Assembly: GCF_009914755.1 (NCBI RefSeq)
Contig: NC_060941.1
DNA from: the human T2T-CHM13v2.0 reference genome, Homo sapiens
Reading direction: 5' to 3' (one strand)
DNA length: 64,000 nucleotides
In this document: positions 54,806 to 64,000 of the stretch, piece after piece
Layout of the letters: every line of letters starts with the position of its first letter
Numbering within the stretch: the first letter of the stretch is position 1
Notes under the pieces: generated by a model
Databases searched by the model: none
What the model saw: only the letters and a program-made list of their open reading frames with translations
Told to the model about the DNA's origin: nothing
Translations under genes and position numbers: made by a program

Positions 54806-57429
54806 ATTGGAATGGACCCAAATGTAATGGACTCGACAGGAATGGTCTCAACTAGAATGAACTCGAAAGGAATTGTCTCGGATGGAATTTATTCAAATAG
54901 AATGGAAACGAATGGAATGCAATAGTATGAAATTGAATTGAATGGTAGGGAATCACATGGAATGGACCGGAATGGAATAGACTGGAATACAATGGACTTG
55001 AATGTCATGGATTGCAATGCAATTGATTTGAGTGGAATGGAATCGAAAGGAAAGTAATGAAATGGAATGGAATGGAATGCAATAGAATGGTATAGAATGG
55101 AATGCAATGGAATGGAATGGAGTGGAATCCAGTGGAATGGAATAGAATGGAATGGGATCAAATGGTATGGAATCGAATGGAATGGACTGGAATGGAATGG
55201 ACTCAAATGGAATGGACTGGAACAAAATGGAATCGAACGGAATGGAACAGAAAGGAATGGAATGGAATGGAATGGAATCGAATGGAATGGAGTTGAATGG
55301 AATGCAATCTAATGGAATGGAATCAAACAGAATGAAAGTGAATGGAATTGAAAGGAATAGAATGGAATGGAGTGTAGTGGAAAGACAATGAATGGAATGG
55401 AAAGGAATGGAATGGACTGGAAAGGAATGGACTGGAATGGAAAGGACCCGAATGGAATGGACTGGAGTGGAATGCCCACGAATAGAATGGAAATGAATGG
55501 AATGGAAAGAATTGGATGAGAATGGAACAGAAAGGAATATAATGGAATGCTATTGCAGAGAACGGAATGGAATGGAGTCGAATAGAATAGAATCGAATGG
55601 AATGGCAAGAAATGGAATGGAATGAAATGGAATAGAATGGAATGGAATAAAATAGGATGGAGCGAAGTGGAATGCAACTGAGTCGAATGGAATAGAATCC
55701 ATTGGAATGACATCGAATGGAATGGAATGGAATGGACTTGAATGGAATGGAGTCAAATAGAATAGAATCAAATGGAATGGCATTGAAAGGAATGGAATGG
55801 ATTGAGATGGAATGGACTCCAATGCAATGCACTCGAATGGAATAGATTCGAATGGAATGGCATCGAATGGAATGAATATGAATGTTGTGGAATGGACCCA
55901 AAAGTAATGGACTCGTATGGAATGGACTCAAAGATAATGGACTCGAAAGGAATGGTCTCCAAAGAAATTTATTCGAAAAGAAAGGAATCGAATGGAATGC
56001 AATATTATGGAAAGGAATCAAATGGAACGGAATTGAAAGGAATGGACCAGAATGGAATGGACTGGAATAGAACGGACTTGAAAGTAATGGACTGCAATGT
56101 AATTGATTCGAATGGAAAGGAATTGAATGGAATGGAATCAAAGGGAATGGAAAGTAATGCAATGGAATGGAATAGAATGGAATGCAATGGAATGGGACAG
56201 TGCAGAATCGAGTGGAATGGAATCGAATGGAATGGAATTGATTGGAATGGAATCGATTGGAATGGACTTGAATGGAGTGGACTCGAATGGAATGAACTGG
56301 AACAAAATGGAATCGAACGGATTGGAATCGAACAAAACGGAAAGGAATGGAATGGAATGGCCTCGAAAAGAATGGAGTCGAATGGAATGGAATTGAATGG
56401 AATGGAATTGAATTGAATGCAAATGAATGGAATTGAAAAGATTAGAATGAAGTGCAGTGTAATGGAAAGATATCGAATGCAATGGAATGGAATGGAATCA
56501 AATGGAACGGACTGGAATGGAATGGACTTGAATGGAATGGACCGGAGTGCAATGGACTCGAGTGGAATGGAAACGAATGTAATGGAATGTAATGGAATGA
56601 AATGGAAAGGAATAGAATGGAATAGAATCGGATGGAACGGAACGGAATGGAATGGATTTGAATGGAATAGAATTGAATGGAATGTCATCGAATGGAATGG
56701 AATGGAAAGGACTAGAATGGAATGGACTCGAAGGGAATAGAATAGAATGGAATGGCAGCGAAGGGAATGGATTGGAATGGAATGGAATGGACCCAAATTC
56801 AATGGACTCAAATGGAATGGTCTCATATAGAAGGGCCTCGAAAGGAATGGTCTCGAATGGAAATTATTCCAATGGAATGGAATCGAATGTAGGGCAATAA
56901 TAGGGAATGGAATTGAGTGGAATCGATTTGAATGGAATTGACCCGAATGGAATGGAATGCAATAGAACAGACTTGAATGTAAGGGATTGCAATGTAATTG
57001 ATTCGAATGGAATGGATCCAATGGAATGTAATCAAATGGAGTTGAATGGAATGCAATGGAATGGAATGGAACGGATTGGAATAGAGAGGAATGGAATCGA
57101 ACAGAAAGGAATCGAATGGAATAGACTGGAATGGAATGTACTCGAATGAAATGGACTGGAATAAAATGGAATTGAAAGGATTGGAATGGAATGGAATGCA
57201 ATGGAATGGACTCGAATTGAATGGAGTCGAATGGAATGGAACCGAATGGAATGGAATTGAATGGAATCAAAATGAATAGAATGGAATAGAGTGTAATGGA
57301 AAGATATCGAATGGAATGGAATGGAATGGACTCGGGAGGAATGGACTGAAATGGAATGGACTCGAATGGAATTCACTGGAGTGGAATGGACTCCAACGGA
57401 ATGGAAACGAATGGAATGGAATGGAAGGG

Positions 57430-60400
57430 AATGGAAGTAATAGAATGGAATGGAATCGGATGGAATGGAATGGAATGGAGTCGAATGGAATAGAATCGAA
57501 TGGAATGGCATCAGATGGAATGAATGGAATGGACTCGAATGGAATGTATTCGAATGGAATATAAAACAACGGAATGGCATCGAATGGAATGGGATGGAAT
57601 GGTATGGAATTGAAAGGACCCAAATGTAATGGACATAAATGGAATGCACTCAAATAGAATGGACTCCAAAGGAATGGTCTCGAATGGAATTCATTCAAAT
57701 AGAATCAAATCGAATCGAATGAAACACTTTGGAATGGAATTGAATGGAATGGACCAGAAAGGAATGGACTCCAATAGAACGGAGTTGAATGTAATGGATT
57801 GCAATGTAATTGATTCGAACAGAATGGAAAGGAATGGAATATAATCAAATGGAAAGGAATGGAATGCAATGGAATGGAATACAATGGAATGCAATAGAAC
57901 GGAACGGAGTGGAATTGAGAGGAATTGAATCGAATGGAATGGAATTGAGTGGAACAAAATGGAAATGAACGGATTGGAATGGAATGGAATGGAATGGAAT
58001 GGAATGGAATGGAGTGGAACATACTTGAATGGAATGGAAACAAATGGAGTGTAATTGAAAGGAATGGAATCGAATGGAATGGAATTGAATGGAATCAAAA
58101 GGAATAGGATGGAATGGAGGGGAATGGAAAGATATCGAATGAAATGGAATGGAATGGAGTCGAATTGAATGGACTGGAATGGAATGTACTCGAATGAAAT
58201 GGAATCGATTTGAATGTAATCCAATGGATTGGAATGGAATAGAATGCAATGCAATGGAATGGAATGGAGGGGAATCGACTGGAATGGAATTGATTGGAAT
58301 GAAATTGACTGGAATGGAATGGAATGGACTCGAATGAAATGGACTGGATCAAAATGGAATGGAATGGATTGGAATCGAAAGGAACGGAAGGGAATGGAAC
58401 GGAATGGAATGGAATGCACTCGAATGGAATGGAGTCGCATGGAATGGAACCGAATGGAATGGAATCGAATGGAATGGAACTGAATGGAATCTAAAGGAAT
58501 AGAACGGAATGGATTGCAATGTAAATATATCGAATGGAATGGAATGGAATGGAATGGACTCGAATGTAATGGACTGGAATGTACAGTAAAGGAATGGACT
58601 GGAGTGGAAAGGACTTAAAGGGGATGGTCTGGAGTGGAATGGACTCGAATGGAATGGACTCAAATAGAATGGACACGAAAGGAATGGTCTCGAATGGAAT
58701 TTTTTCGAATAGAATGGAACCGATTGGAATGAAATAGTATTGAATGGAATGGAATGGAATGCAATCGAATTGAATAGACTGGAATGGAATGGACTGGAAT
58801 AGAACAGACTCGAACGTTACGGATTGCAATGTGATTGATTCGAATGGAATGGAATCGAATGGAATGTAATCAAATTGAATGGAATGGAATACAAAGGAAT
58901 GGAATAGAATGGAATGGAATGTAATGGAACGGAAAAGAGTGGAATCGAGTGGAATGGAATTGAATGGAATAGAATCGAATGGAATGGAATCGAATGGAAT
59001 GGATTCGAATGGAATGGACTTGGGACAAAATGGAATCAAACGGATTGGAATTGAACGGAAGGGAATGAAAATGTATGGAATGGAATGGACTAGAATGGAG
59101 TGGAGTCGAATGGAATGGAATCGAATGGAATGGAGTTGAATGGAGTGGAATTGAATGGAATGGAATTGAATGTCATGGAGCGCAATGGAAAGATATCGAA
59201 TGGAATGCAATGCAATGGAGTGGAATGGAATGGACTCGAAAGGAATGGACTAGAATCGAATGGACATGAGTGAAATGGACTCGAATGGAATGGACTGGAG
59301 TGAAATAGAGTCGAATGGAATGGAAACGAATGGAGTGGAATGGAAAGAAATATAATGGAATGGAATCGGATGGAATGGAATGGAATGCAATGGAGTCGAA
59401 TGAAATAGAATCGAATGGAATGGAATCAAATGGAATGGAATGGATTGGAATGGCATGGAATGGACTTGAATGGAATGGATTCGAATGGAATAAAATAGAA
59501 TGGAATGCAATTGAATGGATTGGAATGGAATGGAATGGACCCTAATATAATGGATTCAAATGGAACGGATTGAAATAGAATGGACTTGAAAGGAAGGGAC
59601 TCAAATGGAACTCATTCGAATAGAATTGAATCGAATTGAATGCGGTAGTATTGAATGGAATCAAATAGAATTGAATCGAATGGAATGGACTGGAACGGAA
59701 TGGACTGGAATAGAGTGGACTCGAATGAAATGGATTGCAATATAATTGATTTGAATGGAATGGAATCGAATGGAATGTCATCCAATGGAATGGAATGGAA
59801 ACCAATGGAATGCAATAGAATGCAAGGCAATGGAGTGGAATCAGGTGGAATGGAATCGAATGGAATGGAATTGAATGGAATGGATTCGAATGGAATGGAC
59901 TGGAATGGAATGGACTCGAATGGAATGGACTGGAATAAAATGGATTGGAATCGAATGGAACGGAATGGAGTGGAATGGAATGGAATGGACTCGAAAGGAA
60001 TGAAGTCGAGTGGATTGGAACCGAATGGAATGCAATAGAATGGAATGGAATTGAATGGAATATAATGGAATAGAATGGAATGGAGTGCAATGGAAATTTA
60101 TCGAATGGAATGAAATTGAATTGAATTGACTGGAATGGACTCGAATGGAATGGACTGGAGTGGAATGGACTTGAATGGAATTGGCTGGAGTGGAATGGAT
60201 TCGAATGGAATGGAAACGAATGGAATGGAATGGAAAGGAGTAGACTGGGATGGAATGGAATGGAATGGAACGGAACGGAATGGAGTCAAATGGAATAGAA
60301 TCGAGTGGAATGGTATCCAATGTAATGGAATGGAATGGACTCGAATGGAATAGAATCGAAACAAATGGCATCAAATGGAATGTTATTGAATGAAATGGAA

Positions 60401-60900
60401 TGGAATGGACCCAAATGTAATGGCCTCGAATGGAGTGGACTCAAAGAGAACGGACTCGAAAGGAATGGTCTTGAATGGAATTTATTTGAATAGAATGGAA
60501 TCAAATGGAATGAAATAGTATTGAATGGAAGCAAAAGGAATGGAATCGAGTTGAATGGACCAGAATGGAATGGACTGGAATAGAAAGGACTAGAATGTAA
60601 TGGACTATAATGTGATTGATTCGAATGGAATGGAATCGAGGGGAATGTAATCGAATGGAAAGGAATGCAAAGGAATGGAATAGAATGGAATGGAATGCAA
60701 TGGAACAGAACGGAGTGGAATCGAGTGGAATGGAATCAAATGGAATGGATTCGAATGAAATGGACTCGTGAAAAATGGAATCGTGACAAAATGGAATCAA
60801 ATGGATTGGTATCGAATGGAACAGAATGAAATGGTTTGGAATGGAAGGGACTCGAATGGAATGGACTGGAATCAAAAGGATTCGACTGGCATGGATTGGA
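57430..60900 (+). repeat. Diverged, internally deleted copy of the 43.4-47.6 kb block / A-B dimer family
   Basis: GCATCAGATGG (43541/57508), AATTCATTCAAATAGAATC (43722/57688), GGAAATGAACGGATTGG (44010/57961), GGAACATAC (44080/58016), ACTGAATGGAATCTAAAGG (45131/58479), CAGTAAAGG..GGTCTGGA (48779/58584), TGGGACAAAA (45827/59021), ATCCAATGG..GGAAACCAATGG (46541/59780), GGCTGGAGTGG (46978/60183). Confidence 0.75.
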
Positions 60901-61050
60901 GTGGAATGGACTCCAATGGAACGGAAATGAATGGAATGGAATGGAACGAATAGAATGGAATGAAACCGGATTTAATGGAATGGAATGGATTGGAATCGAA
61001 TGGGATAGAATCAAATGGAATGGCAGCAAATGTAATGTAATGAAATGTAA

Positions 61051-61170
61051 TGGAATAAAACGGAATGGATTTGAATGGAATAGAATCGAATGAAATGTCA
61101 TCAAGTGGAATGGAATAAAACGGAATGGATTTGAATGGAATAGAATCGAATGAAATGTCATCAAATGGAA
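61051..61170 (+). repeat. 60-bp near-perfect tandem duplication
   Basis: TGGAATAAAACGGAATGGATTTGAATGGAATAGAATCGAATGAAATGTCATCAA(G/A)TGGAA x2. Confidence 0.92.
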
Positions 61171-64000
61171 TGGAAATGAATGGAAATGAATGGAATGGAA
61201 TGGACCAAAATGTAATGGACTTTAATGGAATGGACTCAAATAGAATGGATTCAAATGGAATGGTCTCAAATGGAATTTAGTCGAATAGAATGGAACTGAA
61301 TGGAATGCAAAAGCATGGAATGGAATTGAATGTAATGGAATAGAATGGAATGGACCAGAATGCAATGGACAGGAATAGAATGGACTCGAATGTAATGGAT
61401 TGCACTGTAATTGACTCGAATGGAATGGAATCGAATGGAATGTGGTCAAATGGAATGGAATGGAAAGCAATGGAATGGAATAGAACGGAATGCAATGGAA
61501 TGGAACAGAGTGGAATCGAGTGGAATGGAATCAAAAGAAGTGGAATCAGACGGAACGGAATGGAATGGAATGGAGTCGAATGGAATAGAGTCGAATGGAA
61601 GGGCATCAAATGGATTGGAAAGGAATGGAATGGAATGGACTCGAATGGAATGGACTCGAATGGAATAGAATCGATTGGAATGGCATCGAATGGAATGGAC
61701 ACAAATGTAATGGACTCTAATAGAATGGTCTCAAATATAATGGACTCGAAAGAAATTGTCTCGAATGGAATTTATTCAAATGGAATGGAATCGAATGGAA
61801 TGCAATAGAATGAAATGGAATCGAATGGAATGGAATCAAATGGAATGGAACGGAATGGAATGGAATGGAATAGAATGGACTCAGTTGTAATGGATTGTAA
61901 TGCAATTGATTCGAATGGAATGGAATCGAACGGAAAGGAATGGAAAGGACCGGAATGGAATGGACTAGAATAGAACAGACTCGAACGTAATGGATTGCAA
62001 TGTAATTGACTCGAATGAAATGGCATCGAATGGAATGTAATCAAATCGAATAGAATGTAATGCAATGGAATGTAATACACTGGAATGTAACAGAATGGAA
62101 CAGAATGGGATGTAATGGAATAGAAAGGATTGGAATCGAGTGGAATGAAATCGAATGGAATGGACTGGAACGGAATGGACTTGAATGGAATGCACCGGAA
62201 AGAAATGGAATGGAAAGGAGTGGAATAGAACGGAATGGAATGGAATGGACTCGAATGGAATGGAGTCGAATGACATGGAATTGAATCTAAGGGAATCAAA
62301 AGGAATGGAATCAAATGGAATGGAATTGAATGTAATTGAAAGAATAGAATGGAATGGAGTGTAATGGAAAGATATCAAATGGAATGGAATGGAACCGAAT
62401 AGAATGGACGGAAATGGAATGGACTCGAATGACATGGACTGGAGAGGAGTGGACTCGAATGGAAAGGAAATGAATGGATTGGAATGGAATGGAATGAATA
62501 GGAAGGAATGGAATGGGATGGAATGGAATGGAGTGGATTGGAATAGAATGGAATAGAATCGAACGGAATGGCATAGAATGGAATGGAATGGAATGGAATG
62601 GCCTCGAATTGAATGGACTCGAATGGAATAGAATAGAATGGAATGGCATCGAATGGAATGGAAAAGAATGGAATGGAGTGGAACAAAATGTAATGGACCC
62701 TAATGGAATGGACTCAAATAGAACGGATTTAAAAGGAAAGGTCTCGAATGGAATTTACTCCAATAGAATGTAATCGAATGTAATGCAATAGTATGGAATG
62801 TAATCAATGGTAAGGAATGGAATGGAATGCACTGGAATAGAACGGACTCGAATGAAATGGATGGCAATGTAATTGATTCAAAAGTAATGGAATCGAATGG
62901 AATGTAACCAAATGGAATGGAATGGAATGCAATGGAATGGAATACAATGGAATGCAATGGAATGGAACAGAGTGGAATCGAGTAGAATGGAATCGAATGG
63001 AATGGAATCTAAAGGAATGGACTCGAATGGAATGGAATGGAATGGAGTGAACTCGAATGAAATAGAATGGAGTGGAAAGGACACGAATGGAATGGAAACG
63101 AATGGAATGGAAAGGAAAGGAATAGAATTGAAAGAAATTTCATGGAACGGAATAGAATGGAATGGAATAGAATGGAATGGACTTGAATGGAATAGAGTAA
63201 AATGGAATGGAATGGAATCGAATGGAATGGAATTCAATGGAATCAAAAGGAATAGAATGGAATGAAGTGTAAGGGAAATTTATCAAATGGAATGGAATGG
63301 AATGGACTCCAATGGAATGACCTGGAATGTAATGGACTCATAAGGAATGGGCTGGAGTGGAATGGACTCGAATGGAATGGAAACGATTGGAATGGAATGG
63401 AATAGAAAAGAATAGAATGGAATGGAATACGATGGAAAGTAATGGAATGGAATGGTGCCAAATGGAATAGAATCGAATGAAATGGCATCCATTCAAATGG
63501 AAAGGAATGGAATGGAATGGACTCGAATGGAATGGAATAGAATGGGATAGAATCAAATTGATTGGCATCAAATTGAATGGAATGCAATGGAATGCAATGG
63601 AATGCAATGGAATGGAATTGACCAAAATGTAATGGATTATAATGGAATGGAATGGAATGGAATGGAATGGACTCGAATGGAACAGAGTCAAATGGATTGG
63701 CATCGAATTGAATGGAATGCAATGGAATGGAATTGACCAAAATGTCATGGACTAGAATGCAATGGACTCAAACAGAATGGACTTGAAAATAATGGTCTGG
63801 AATGGAATTCATTCGAATAGAATGGAATCGAATGGAATGCAATAGTATGGAATGGAATCGAACGGAATGGAATATAATGGAATGGATCAGAATGGAATGG
63901 ACTGGAATAGAATGGACTCGAATGAAATGGATTGCAATGTAATTGATTCGAATGCATTGGAATCGAATGGAATGTAATCAAATGGAAAAGAAAGGAAAGA

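Larger units (their letters stand above)
52180..57340 (+). repeat. Copy 2 of the ~5.2-kb dispersed duplication (paralog 28070-33250)
   Basis: Same marker series as copy 1. Subunit lengths also correspond: ~440/869/1310/1153/870 versus ~435/908/1338/1080/895. Confidence 0.9.
1..63990 (+). repeat. Degenerate ~0.85-0.9 kb subunit tandemly repeated about 75 times
   Basis: Landmark AAAGGAATGGTCTCGAATGGAATTTATTCGAATAG recurs at ~31, 1045, 2080, 3230, 4675, 5528, 6757, 7692, 8188, 8927, 9752, 10612 ... 60482, 61278, 61772, 62756, 63810 (about 75 copies, mean spacing ~860 bp, range ~265-1445). Full-length subunits show the same motif order: GCAATAGTATGG, GGACCGG, GTAATGGATTGCAATGTAATTGATTCG, GTAATCAAATGG, ACGGAGTGGAATCGAGTGG, ACTGGAACAAAATGG, GAGTGTAATGGAAAGATATCG, GGAAACGAATGG, ATCGGATGGAACGG, GGCATCG, GGACCCAAATGTAATGG. 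Confidence 0.92.
1..64000 (+). repeat. Satellite III (HSat3) array, diverged (GGAAT)n with the purine-rich strand on +; probably an HSat3A-type, heterogeneous array
   Basis: Seen: GGAAT and variants (CGAAT, AGAAT, GGACT, GCAAT, GTAAT, GGAGT, CAAAT, TGAAT) from first to last base, in long unbroken 5-bp register and one orientation. Known: (CATTC)n pentamer arrays with this character define human/ape Satellite III pericentromeric heterochromatin. Inference: the near absence of ATCATC-type register-breaking motifs argues against HSat2; subfamily and chromosome are not determined. Confidence 0.97.

Noticed and set aside
30-63981. Hundreds of ORFs, up to 444 aa (848-2182, 56005-57270, 5407-6609 on the - strand)
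   Set aside because: They are the forced translation of a stop-free pentamer (HSIPF on -, MEWNG on +). They overlap in all frames and have no domain-like content, so they are not reported as CDS.
1-64000. CRISPR-like array (recurring ~35-bp landmark with a palindromic core)
   Set aside because: The intervening DNA is ~0.3-1.4 kb of homologous satellite rather than unique 25-45 bp spacers. The landmarks are degenerate, and there are no cas genes or leader.
1-64000. Assignment to DYZ1 (Yq12) or D15Z1
   Set aside because: Those arrays consist of homogeneous ~3.56-kb or ~1.8-kb units. Here such periods are only local and diverged, and no AT-rich/Alu-containing DYZ2 blocks are present. The chromosome cannot be called without mapping.
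1-64000. Satellite II (HSat2)
   Set aside because: Lacks the frequent ATCATC/GATGAT register-breaking motifs of HSat2, and the pentamer register is maintained over kilobases.
1-64000. Transposon insertion, large inversion or array boundary
   Set aside because: I saw no Alu/L1/LTR-like sequence, poly(A) tail, target-site duplication or switch to (CATTC)n on +. The longest A-run noticed is short (~46719-46726) and in register.
1-64000. Canonical heat-shock elements, promoters, terminators, G-quadruplexes
   Set aside because: GAA units are direct repeats and I found no clear nGAAnnTTCnnGAAn triplets. G-runs are almost all GG. No promoter or terminator can be supported from sequence alone.

Overview
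The entire 64-kb window is one uninterrupted, single-orientation array of primate (human-type) Satellite III (HSat3): diverged (GGAAT)n on the + strand and (CATTC)n on the - strand. I see no genes, RNA genes, transposon insertions, CRISPR array or unique sequence, and all listed ORFs are translations of the pentamer (MEWNG/HSIPF). The variant pentamers form a recurring ~0.85-0.9 kb subunit, about 75 copies counted by eye. These subunits are locally grouped into ~1.7-2.0 kb dimers and one ~3.55-3.6 kb duplication. They have been reshuffled by multi-kb dispersed duplications (28.1-33.3 kb ~ 52.2-57.3 kb; 43.4-47.6 kb ~ 57.4-60.9 kb), half-unit deletions, young 20-220 bp tandem duplications, a new (ATGTA)8 microsatellite and at least one 9-bp micro-inversion. 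I find no support for a novel gene-based system. The best candidate for something undescribed is this nested 5 bp > 0.9 kb > 1.8 kb > 3.6 kb architecture. All alignments and counts were done by eye, so boundaries are approximate, and chromosome and subfamily cannot be fixed without a search.
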